DNA of 63,536 bases, the filler included, from Ministeria vibrans ATCC 50519 (lineage: Eukaryota > Protista > Filasterea): the NCBI GenBank assembly GCA_943704425.1. It is 5 parts of 5 records of this genome, joined end to end, with 100 filler letters (N's around TTAATTAATTAA, not from the genome) between each part and the next. Parts side by side here need not be neighbours in the genome. Positions count along the whole stretch, not along the records: positions 1 to 29,125 come from CALSCP010002674.1; 4 more parts are not named here. One strand, given 5' to 3'. This document shows positions 1 through 16,218 of this stretch, piece after piece; positions within the stretch are counted from its first letter, which is position 1; each line of letters opens with the position of its first letter. A program made the position numbers and the translations under genes. The notes under the pieces were generated by a model that was given only the letters and a program-made list of their open reading frames with translations, made no database searches and was not told the origin of the DNA.

Positions 1-31
1 AAAAAAAAAAAAACAGGGACACAATACAAAA

Positions 32-2188
32 CTAATCAGAAGAGAACTCGGACATGCGACGAAGAAAATGTACAGGTGCACTTGGACGACGGGATACAGG
101 ACGCTGTGCGGAGACGGCGGTGGGCAAGGGCGCAGGCGCACGGTCCGCCGTGGGCGACTATAGGTGAACGAATACAAAAAAAAAATGTTCAATGCAACGA
201 GTACGCCTGATGGAACTACACAAATATATAGTACCAATGATAGGTCGGGCTTTTGGGGCTTTGAGGGCGGAGGAGAGCTGGGAGTGGACGAGGTGCCACC
301 GAGCGTGGTGGTCTGGTCGCGCTGGGGCGGGGCTGGCGTGGGCTTCTTGGCGGTTGGTGTGACAGCGATGGCAGCGTGCACGGACGGGGGACGAGTCATC
401 TCGACGACACACGCCTGTTGCGGTGCGGCGACCAGATCGGGCGACACCTCAAGTTCGAGGTACTCATGAGGGTTGTCGTAGTCGTCGTTGTCGCCCTCGG
501 CTTGTTCCAACATGGCTGCTGCCTGTGCCACTGCAGCCGCTTGTCTCGCGGCCTCCGCAGAGGGAACAGGCGCAACAGCAGGGACCAACTGATCGGGTTG
601 CGCTGCGGCTGTCTGCGAGTGACGCTGTGCTTTGGCGGCACTCACGTCCGCCTCTTCGTCGTCATGGTACACCGCGACGCCACGCGTCTCTTCAATCTCC
701 TCCAGCTCAAAAACAGTATTTTCATCGCATTGCGACGGTGGCGTAAGTTTGACAGGAATGCGAATGGCCTTGGGCATAGACGTAAAGGGCGGCACAGCAC
801 GGTCCGCGTTGACCTGGCCAAGCATGCGAGCAATGGCGGGCAGGTTGTTGGCGTCAGCCAGCGCACCAGGCGTGTCTCCGTTACAATTGGCCAGCAGAGG
901 GTTTGCTCCGTACTTGACAAGCACCGCAACGCACGCTTCATGTCCATTGCTCGCTACACAAAGAATAAAAATAGTTCAAAGAAAAAACGGCTGATAAATA
1001 TAATATGCTCTCTTTGTCGCTCTCCATACCTGCGTCATGCAGTGGCGTATCCTCCCAGCGATCGCAAATGTTTGGCAATGCACCGTGTGCCAACAACCAG
1101 TGCAACGATTCAAAATGGTCCTTGTCAGCAGCCCTAAAGATCAAAACAGTTCCGTCAGCACTCAGTCAAACGCAACCAACATCTCGCGGTACATTTGCAA
1201 GGGCGACGTGCCATCTCGATCTCCAATGTTCATCTCGGCACCTCGAACAGCAAGCCACGCAAGTGCGTCGTACTACATACATACATAAAAAACAAAAAAA
1301 AAACAAAACAAAAGTGGTTCAAAATCATAATCAACGTGTTGTCGTCCTCGGGTCGTACGCGATTCTTGCGCACGGCCAGGTGCAGCGGCGTGTAGCCAAA
1401 CTTGGCACGTGCATCGACAGCAAAGCCTGGAAAGTTCTCCAACACCGACATGCACATGACATTGCCGGCGGCTGCCGCTGTATGCAAAGGCATGTTTCCA
1501 TTGTTCGCCTGCACACACACACAATAATCATAGTGAAAAAAAGAAAGAAAGAAAGACATTTTGAGTGAGAGAGCGCAAAAGAGACTATTAGTCGCACACT
1601 GATCAATCTCACCTTGAGTGTTTGGTTCGCGCCATGCTGGCAGAGCAACAGGGCAGCAGCAGGGCGCCCGGCCCGGCAGGCAAGGTGCAGGGGAGTGTGC
1701 CCATGAGATTTGTCCTACGCAGACGAACGAAGGAAGTGAAAACGAAGGCTATTCGGGCCACCGCGCGCCGGTCCACTCCACACACACACACAGACACATG
1801 GCCACACGCCATCTGGCACCCGTCGCAGAATCAAAGTCGTTGAGTGTCGTCGTGAAGAGAAGGGCGAAGGTGAAAAAAAAAAAAAAAAGAGCTCTGAGTT
1901 GATCGCCCAGGCGGGGAGTGGCAACTCAACAAAGACGCCACGCTGCGAAAAAAAGAGAGAGCAGTAAAAGGCAGAAGAGAAAAGGGCAATGCCTTGAAAA
2001 GCCTCTAGGCGCAGGCCACACATCTCCAATACAACGGGCAGTGCCGGGCAGTGGTGGCGAGTCGCAGCTGGCAACCCTGGCGGTCGACGAACCTTCACAT
2101 TTAGCAATTCGGTTGATTTGCTCAAGATTTGCTGGATCACAAGGGTTCGCCCGTCCTCCGCTGCCTTGTGCAACGGTGATCCCTCCAT
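32..2188 (-). CDS. Multi-exon ankyrin-repeat protein with low-complexity Pro/Ser/Thr C-terminal tail
   Basis: Ankyrin motifs in successive exons (MEGSPLHKAAEDGR, GHTPLHLAC, NMPLHTAAAAGN, GYTPLHLAVRKN, EDTPLHDA, SNGHEACVAVLVKYGANP) separated by GT-AG introns. The long exon ~953-236 and a last exon (SPTADRAP...SEFSSD*) end at TAG 32-34. Confidence 0.8.
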
Positions 2189-2486
2189 ATTTATGTTGAA
2201 AAAAAAAAAGTTTGATCGTGAGACTGTGAGAGAAGAGAGACTGAGATGGGAGTTAAGACACTACTCTATCAATGACATATCGCTTTCTTTAGCAAATAAT
2301 TAATAAAGAAATACTTTTTTTTGCTTTTCTTTGCGGATCTGAACGTCCTTTTGACCCTACCAGTGTGCCATATCTTTCGTGGGACATTTAACGCACGAGC
2401 CAAAAAATAATCATGGGTAGGAATAATATTTGAAATAAAAGTATATATACACTCACTCTCTCCGTCTTTGCATCCCCGAAGACGCA

Positions 2487-5038
2487 ATGACTTACGAAGT
2501 CCCCGAGGAGGATCAGACTGTTGCTGAAACTCCCGTATCTGTTGATTCTACCGATGGTGGCACGGCGCTTCTTGTGCAGTTTGAAGATGCAGACGCAGAT
2601 CTTGAAAAACGATCGACCGTCCTCGCGACTGCTCTGGCCAATCCCGCACGTACAGCCACTGCCGTCTTCCATGCGTGTGCCGACGCACACCACCCGTGTA
2701 TTGACGCAACCATGCACCTGTTTCCCGTAGTGTACGTTGAGATGGCTGCCCGTGGCGTCGGAAAGACGATGGTTTCGTGGAGTGCGTCTGTCGACAATGC
2801 CGCGCCTGATTCGGACGCTGCCGTCGCCCAGCTGCTTGCCGAGATGGCCAAACAAGGTAGTGCCGTCTGATTCGTGCACGATCTTCATTAATGCTCACTC
2901 GCATGCGCTCAGAACACGCACGTTTGTGGCTGAGCGATGTGTTGCCGCTGTGCTTTGCCATTCTCGGCCGACATGAACCACAGCATGCTGCCTCCTTCCA
3001 CGTATGACCATATTGTTCAAGTCATGTGCATAATTATGTGCATGTTTGCGCCATTGCACTCACCTGTACTGTCTCTCTACCACTTTCTCTCTCTCTGTGT
3101 TTCTATTGATTGTTCTCTATTCACTTTGTTTCTTTCTCCTGTCCCTCTCACTTTCTTTCTCTCTATTACTTTGCTTCTTTCTCCTGGCTCTCTCACGTTT
3201 TCTCTCTCTCTATCACTTTGTCTCTTTCTCCCTCCTCTCTCTCTATCACTTTGTCTCCTTCTCCCTCCTCTCGCCTCTCTCTCTTTCTTTCTTTCTTTCT
3301 CCTGTGTCTTTGCGATAGGCAATGCGGGCCATTGGAAATCTCTGCTACGATTGCCAGCCAAACCGCAATGCAATTGTCGAGTCAGCGGCCGCGCCAGTTG
3401 CTGCGTACCTCAAGGCAGCGTCAACACATCTGGCGTGCCGTGTGGGTGCGGGTGCCGTCTTGAATTTGTCAATGGACCACGAAGGATTGCAAGAACGTCT
3501 GACGAGCGAAGGGGTCGTCGAGAAGCTGACACAGCTCGTTGCGAACAGCAAGACTGACGATGGCGACGACGATGACAACGAAGCAGTGCACGACATGGCC
3601 TTTTCCGCCATAGGTGCACTCTTGAAGAATCACAGTCCCGCGCGTGTGCGTGCCAGTGCCAATGAGGCCTTCTTGTTGCATTTGCTCTCACTTGTGTGCA
3701 CTGTCCCCGTCGAAATGGACAACAATGTCGACGAAAGCGATGGAGGCACCGCCGCCGACATGCTCAAGGCAATAGCCGAAGACGAAGCGTCCTCTCATGG
3801 CTTTGCACCTGTCGTCGAGCGCATCCTCACGTGTGCTCTGCAGCAGGACGTTGACCAAGCATCGCCGCTGCAAACACGCCAAGTGCACTTGGCCAACCTC
3901 ATTGCCGTGCTTTCGGCCGAGCCGGCGTGTGTGACACTGCTGGGCACCAAACGCCTCATCGACTCGGTTGCAACCACATGGTGCCACGCGGATAGTCCTT
4001 TGCAAATGGCTGGTTGTCTTGTGGTGGGCAATGTGGCACGCTCCGACGCACTCGCCATCCAGATTGTCAAGAACCACCCTTCACTCGTGGCGGCCCTCAA
4101 GACGTGTGCCACCCACTCGGATGCACGCATCCAACACGCTGCGCTCGGCTCCATGCGCAATCTCATTGTCTGCAAGGAGAATCGTCCTGTCATGCGCGAC
4201 ATGCTCTCCTCGCTACTTCCCTTGCTCAGCAGCATGCATGAAGGTACGCGAAATGTCCCATGTAGAGAGAGAAAGAGGAAGGAGAAAGCATCAAAGTGAT
4301 AGGAGTGAGAAAGAACGAAATAATAGAGAGAGAGCTAGTGAGCCTTATTTTAGTTGAGAACAAAATGATAGAGAGCGTATTTTTCAGTTTAATATAATAC
4401 ATGTCTTAGCTATTCGGTACCTTGGGGCATCTATTGCGCGTCTGTTGGGGGCGACGGATGCTGAAGGAGCAACTGTATTGTCACAAGACACTGCGTTGGT
4501 GCGGGAACTTGCACGGGCGGCACGCAGCATTGAGAAGCGTGGACAGAGCACTGAGGCGTGTCGGGCACTGGCAGGTCTCATGCGTTACGCACCCTCGGCA
4601 GAGTTGCTTGAGTTGATTTGCGCGAAGGCTACGGACGATGAAAAGGATGAGGAGGAGGAGGAGGAGGGGGAGGAGGAGGAAGGGGGCCGACCGGCAGCTG
4701 CGGACTGGTCCAAGAACTCCACTCCAGCTGCCATGGTGCGAATGCTGTTGCGGAGCAACCTTGAGTTGCTGCTCAATGAGGCGGTCAGTGCGCTTACAGT
4801 CTGTGCAGCCGCTTTGGGTGTGGCCTGTCTGCGTCCCTTTGCCGCTGCCGACGTTCTCTCAGCGCTTGCGTCGGTACTGGAGAACGACCGTGCGTCGCCT
4901 GAGATCCGACACAATGTTGCGCTTCTCAGTGACATGCTCATCACTGTTGCGCACGAGCAGAAAGACTTCGCTTCCAATGACCATGTGAGTGCGTTGAAGT
5001 TGTCGCTGGCCTCCTTTCGCGCTCAGTCAGAAAAGTGA
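2487..5038 (+). CDS. RAP1GDS1: RAP1GDS1/SmgGDS-like armadillo-repeat small-GTPase exchange factor/chaperone (3 exons: ~2487-2856, ~3319-4243, ~4410-5038)
   Basis: RAIGNLCYD, GCLVVGNVARSD and HAALGSMRNL match the SmgGDS ARM signatures RALGNICYD, LAIANFARND and HAALSALRNL. GT-AG introns are present. Confidence 0.75.
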
Positions 5039-5137
5039 AAGAGGCCGAAGTGAATAATAATAATACAAAAAGAAAATCATCGAGAACAGAGCTTTACTTG
5101 ACACCAAAATTGTGAAACAAGAAAAATACAAAGCAGA

Positions 5138-5192
<55 letters not shown>

Positions 5193-5243
5193 CAGATTCC
5201 AATCCATGATTGTGGATAGCATAATGATTAAGAACAAAAATTT

Positions 5244-10371
<5,128 letters not shown>

Positions 10372-11059
10372 GGCTTGGATCGCCACAGCACACGAGGGGT
10401 GACGAGAGAGGCGAAATATTTTTGGTTGAAATGACTCATAATTTAGGCAATCTATTACTGACGTCAGATTTCGCGTAATTTGTATATTAGGTCATCACCC
10501 AAAGATGTCATAAAAAATCTGACTGACGAAGCGACGACGCGCAACGTTAGACTCGAGTGGTGATTGGTGACTAATGGCTAAGTGAGTGACAGAGTAACTA
10601 CTATTAGATTGATATTAGTGGCTTTGCTTGGGGTCGACGCGGAATTAGAAAAAAATGCGCACATGTTTGTACCGCAGTGCGGTCAATGCCTGTGAAGGCC
10701 ACTCACTCAGGTCTGTCTCAGGTCAGCTCGGTGACTCAGACGGTGAGCTTATGTACGTACAATGTATATACCCAGGTCGTGCGACATGGGAAATTCTGTC
10801 TCAGCCTTGAGCCTACGGGTCGGGCAGTTGGCTGAAAAGATGACGAAAAGAAACATGTGACGGACTTCTGATGAACTTCTGACGCATTTCGACCTACGAA
10901 AGCATGTGCGGAGGTTGCATGCGACGAGACAATGCATCAATGTATCATACAAGCACTGTCGAGCACTACACTGACTAGTGACTACAGTGACTCAGTGACT
11001 TACACAGAGGTCCCACAGAGGGGCAATAAGAAAATGATCCGAAAATGATCACTGTTGAT

Positions 11060-11300
11060 CCTGGTGCTGCGTCGCCTTTCCAGCTTAGGCAACCGCAATG
11101 GTACGCCATGAAACACAGATCAAAGGGCTTAGGGGTGTGTTACTAGCTATAGTCATGCCACAAAGATGTCTGCCGGGAGTGCATGGTGAGTAGATCGGCG
11201 GCGGCAGAACTCGGCGGTTGCAGTTAGCGCAGGGGACTGATCGGCGGCAGGACGGGTGGTGCGCGTAAGCTTTTTGTCGTGACTCGTGACTGTGCGTTAC
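11060..11300. repeat. Diverged copy of a dispersed non-coding element, homologous to 26895-27145
   Basis: Collinear shared blocks: gtgctgYgtcg, aggcaaYcgcaatggtacgccat, ggcttaggg, tgtctgYcgg, ggagtg, tcggcggcggca, ttgtcgtgact. Confidence 0.75.
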
Positions 11301-11329
11301 ATGGTACGAGAATAAATGATCGTTCACGT

Positions 11330-12982
11330 TCATTTCATGATGATTTCGGAGTGGAAAGTGTTGCAGTCGAAGTGCACTGTTGCACGTTCATACTCACGCA
11401 CAAACACACCACTTGCCGACGCACTGCACAAACCCAATGAACGTCCGTAGTCCACGTCAAGCAAAGCGGGTCGTTCATACCGACTGTAGTAAAATTTAAA
11501 GGCATTATGTTCCGATTTTCCTTCCTTATTCCTTCCTTACCCGTCCTTGTTTCCGGGACAGTTGGCAAGACCATTACAGCAACCCGACCAGCCATAGCCA
11601 ATCCACGAGTAATCACCGCGGATCATAAGGAAGGTGGCAAGGTCCATCTCGGGCTGGGGCAGTGGCACAGTCGTCCCATTGGCGTTCTTTGTGAACTGCA
11701 ACACAAAGGCACTGCTCTGCGACTGAGAGCCGCTCTTGCACTCTTTGGTGAAGAGTCGCGAGCACGTGGTCTGCGTGGGCGCACTAAACCGGCCTAGTTG
11801 CTGCCACGTGATTCCACCGTGCTTGAGGACAGCTGCGTGTGCCTGAGTCACTGCCTCTCTACGAGCACGACACATGATCATGAGAAGGAAGTCGACGTGT
11901 GTTTGTTTCGCACCGCCATTGCGTTGTGATATCTGTCGTGTCCTGTTGCGTGAGACCCATGTCGTCCACACAGTAGTAGTCTTCTTCGCTTGCGCCACCA
12001 ATAAGATTGTTGTCGCAGAGTCGTCTTGAACCCGGACTGTTGAGAGTCAAACCAATGGTCTGAGGGACCCAAACACATATAGAGAAAGAGTGAGTGAGAC
12101 AATTCTGGTCGGGTCACTCAGGTCGGCCTATTTGAATACCGTCTAGATAAAAGCCAGAGATGTTCTCGTTTCCAAGACCGTCGGCTCCCAGAAGAAATTC
12201 GTTGATGAGAAAGTCACGCACTGAAAAACATCAGTCGTTGTTGTTGTGGTTCTTTTTGGTTTGTCCTCCGAATGTTGTTACCTTCGGGAACACGGTGATC
12301 CCACAAATACTCGCCGCAGGGAGCACGCCCACAGTTGCAGTCGTTTGCGCACTCGCGACGCGGCTCGGGAGTCTGGTCCTGATCGTGATATAGCGATCGC
12401 TGCAGATCAGCGTGCAATTGGCGAGTGCCGTGCAGTTCGGGACGTGGTAGGGGCCTTGGCGATCGAATGGCAGGAAGTAATGCTGTTTTGATGGGTCGTC
12501 CAGAAGCTTGCGAACCGATGAGAACCGCGGCAATGCCTTGACAAGGTTCCGGTAGACTATACAAACAAACCTTTTCAAGAAGAACCGCAAACTTTGTTTG
12601 TTTATCAAAAACACGCGTGAGCGGATTGTGAGCCTTCACTTCGCGTGCCTGTTCGACAAGAAGCTCTTGGCATGTCATTGTGTTGTTGTTCGGACGCATG
12701 TTCGCGTTCCATTGTCCGTTTGCCCACAAACGCTTTCCGCCGTTCCAGTCAAACTAACACGATCAACACCTTTCAAAGCCCGCCATGCCCGATTCTATTG
12801 CTTACACATCCGCAATGCCCCACTTGGCGGCATAGGCAGGGTCAAACATGCCGTCGGTAAGGCAGGGCATGAAGACGGTTGAAAGCGTCATGTTGTATGA
12901 AGGAAGCCATGAAGGCACGTCCGCATCACACGATCCGACAGCCAGCGCGATCAATAACTACTAACGTCAATAATGAAAGCAT
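11330..12982 (-). pseudogene. Disrupted gene for a secreted, putative glycoside-hydrolase-like protein of an uncharacterised protist family
   Basis: Recognisable segments: PSYNMTLSTVFMPC, FDWNGGKRLWAN, VYRNLVKALP, LYHDQDQTP, CGEYLWDHR, DLATFLMIRGDYSWIGYGWSGC, DVDYGRSLGLC...GVFVREYERATVHFDCN. Lesions: a frameshift in the signal peptide (~12950), a frameshift at ~12395, and an intron donor reading AT instead of GT (~12605). Confidence 0.6.
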
Positions 12983-13173
12983 CCGCAAGTTGAAAGTTGT
13001 ATAAAGTCGAAAATCTGAATCTGATTCAAAAAAAAATTCCAATCTTAAACAAGTCTGGAAAGAAAAAAAACAACATTATTATTAGAGGTAGTGACTGATT
13101 CCCCGTCCCTTTTGCGTTCCCACGTTCTCTACACGTTTTCTCAGTCACAAGACAGTCAAGACGCACACTTGTC

Positions 13174-16161
13174 ATGAACTACAAAGAGGAAGAAGAGGTA
13201 CGCTGTCGTTGTGTGTGCTCACCCTCTCACCCTCCCTCCAATGCATTGGGTGCACCCATAGCCTCTTCTTCCCGACGCCTCGACGATCCATGCTGACGAC
13301 AGCCAAGTGAAGCACCCTGCGTAAGATGGCACCATCCGCAGCACCATCCTCACTCGTGATTGCGACCGTCCGCGCCCCCGTTCGCCCGCACTTCCGCCCC
13401 ACCCCCTTGCCAGCATCACGCCGTGCTGATGGCCCTGGTTCTGTGCCTCCTACCCCCTCCGCATGACCTCATCGCCAATCTATTAATTTTTTTTTTTGAA
13501 TTTCAGTCTACCTTCGCGTGCTGTCGCCTACTGGGCTCTCTTTGTGCTGCTTCTGGTGTACACTATCAACCAAGTCGACCGTGCGCTGGTGTACAACATC
13601 AGCAATCAAATCAAGGCGCAGCTTCACATCTCGAGCGGCGAGGTACCACTTTGGACGCACTCACCTCATCATGTTACTATTGTGGACGCGGCNNNNNCGC
13701 CTCATCATGTTACTATTGTGGACGCACTCGCCTCATCATGTTACTATTGTGGACGCACTCGCCTCATCATGTTACTATTGTGGACGCACTCGCCTCATCA
13801 TGTTACTATTGTGGACGGGCTAACCTCATCATGTTACTATTGTGGACGGGCTAACCTCATCATGTTACTATTGTGGACGCACTCACCTCATCATGTTACT
13901 ATTGTGGACGGGCTAACCTCATCATGTTACTATTGTGGACGCACTCACCTCATCGTGTTACTATTGTGGACGCACTCGCCTCATCATGTTACTATTGTGG
14001 ACGCACTCGCCTCATCGTGTTACTATCTGCGTTGTATTCTTCTTCTTCTACTACTACTTTGGACGCACTAACCTCATCGTGTTACTACATTGGGTGTAAT
14101 CCATCATGGCTGTTACTACTTTGGATGCACTATATTCACCTCATCATGTTTCCTCTCTTTTCTCTCTCTTCAGTACGGCTTTCTGACGGGCTATGGATTC
14201 TCGCTTATCTATGTGATTGTGGGCATTCCGCTGGGCATTGCCATCGATCGGTTCTCGCGCAAATGGATGCTCATTGTGTGTCTGGTCTTCTGGAGTCTTA
14301 TGATCGGCGTCGATTACTGGGTTCAAAACTACGGTGAATACCTCGCCACACGTATTGGTTTGGGCGTTGGCCAGGTACAAAAAAAAAGAAAGTCGAAAGC
14401 GGCTCAGGCGACGGAAAGAAGTAACAGCGTGTCCTGTGTGATGTATAGGCCGGATGTAACCCTGCCGCGTTTGCTCTTATTACCGATTTTTTCCCGCCTC
14501 AAGAGCGCGCCGTGGCCAGCTCAATCTACAATTCGGGCATCTACATTGGAGGTGCGTGAAGTGAACATTATTTATTGTTGCAAACACAATGTAGCTATGC
14601 GCATTTTGACACTTAGTGTTTCTTTCTTTTAGGCAGTGGACTGTCTGCTGCGATTGGCGGGACGTACGCCGACCAGTGGCGCACAGTGTCGCTTGCGTTT
14701 GGTTTGACAGGTATGGGGGTGGCAGTGCTGCTGATGCTGACGGTGCGCGAGCCGCGTCGGGGTCAGTTCAATGCGGCACCGACACCACCGCCCGTGGTGA
14801 GCCGTCAGGGCTCAGTGGTCTCCAAGAAGACGGACGCATCGGCGTTGGAGGAGCAGGGCGTTGCAGGTGCGACCATGGAGAAGGCATCGCTGAAGCAGGC
14901 GGTTCGTTACTTGGCGACACTCGACTCAGCATGGATGATTGGCCTGTCGGGCGGCATTCGCTCGCTCGGCGGCTATGCCTTTGGTGGCTTCGTGCCGGGC
15001 TACCTCTACGGCATCTACCGCAGCACTTTCCCCAAAGTGCCCATCTACTACGCCATTGTAACTTCCATTGGCGGTGTGCTTGCCTCCTACCTTGGCGGCA
15101 TCGTCACCAAGCTGTGGCTCAAGCGCACCCCCCGCGCTCCCGCCTACGTCTGCGGTCTCGGCGCCCTCCTCTCCATTCCCTTTGTGGTCCTCTTTCTCTT
15201 TGCCGACGTACCGCTCTCAAAGTCTCACTCTGTTTTCTACTAATATTATATAATTATATTGTATATTCTATTGTGTTGTAGCGGATTGTCGGGGAAGTGA
15301 ACGAAACGTCGCTATCGATCACCATGGTGTGTTTGTTCTTTGCATACCTCACGGCCGAGGTATGGGGCGGCCCCGCAGCCAGCATCTACCAGTCCATCCT
15401 GCCATCCAACATGCAGGGCAGCGGCTTCTCCGTGTACTTTCTGATGCTCACCATCATTGGCGGTACATACACCCACAAAAAAAAAAACGCACACACACCG
15501 CACAAAGCCACTCCGCACATCCGTACCCGCACACACCACACCACGCCACACCATCACACATACACTCACTCAGACTCGAGTACACCTAGTCATAGCCTTG
15601 AAAATGTATTTACTGATTGTGGGGTTTTGTTTCGTACAGGCGCTGGTCCTGAGATTGTGGGTGCGTTTCCTGAACAGGCGAATGGGCTGATCAATCCGAT
15701 TGTGTTGGCTATTGTCATCTGTATGAGCTATTTTCTCTGTGCCATTGGCTTCTATCTTTCTGCTGTGGTCGTTGCAACCGACATTGAGCGAAAGGTACAA
15801 CGATAACATTATGTTTTGCAACTTGATTCCCACTCATTGAGTCTTGATCAACAGGACACGTTCATGGCGACCAGACAAATCCGCCACTTGACATTCACAC
15901 GAAAGGTACTACAAGACACTACAAACGACAACTCTCCTCACGTACGCACTGCCCTCCGCGCCCTCTTTTCTCCTTCCTCTCTTGACTCAGCTGATGTACG
16001 GCATTGGAATTGCCGTAACTGTCGCTGCGACGGGTGCGCTGATGGGTATTTCTTTTGCCCAGACCTCCCAGAACCTCCACCCTTCCTCCCCTAATGCGAC
16101 GGCCTCCGCCTCTGCTCTCCCATTTCTCCTTCCTCAGCCCACCAAAACAATTTCTCTGTAG
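13174..16161 (+). CDS. Spinster-family MFS transporter, multi-exon
   Basis: YTINQVDRAL, YGFLTGYGFSLIYVIVGIPLGIAIDRFSRKW (MFS motif A), ATRIGLGVGQ, LITDFFPPQERAVASSIYNSGIYIG, TVREPRRGQF. Many hydrophobic helices across GT-AG-bounded exons. Confidence 0.8.
13650..14145. repeat. Intronic 31-bp minisatellite (cctcatcatgttactattgtggacgcactcg), roughly a dozen copies, degenerating at the 3' end
   Basis: Direct tandem copies without spacers; contains a 5-N gap. Confidence 0.9.
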
Positions 16162-16218
16162 CATACTAAAAAAGGCACTTGATTACTTTGCAAAGAAAAA
16201 AATTGTATACATCATGCA

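Noticed and set aside
455-490. DYDNPHEYLEL tyrosine motifs in the ankyrin protein tail as SH2 docking sites
   Set aside because: Plausible for a holozoan, but two short motifs without conservation data are not enough evidence.
13650-14145. 31-bp repeat array resembling a CRISPR array
   Set aside because: Units are directly adjacent with no unique spacers, lie inside a eukaryotic intron, and no cas genes are present; it is a minisatellite.
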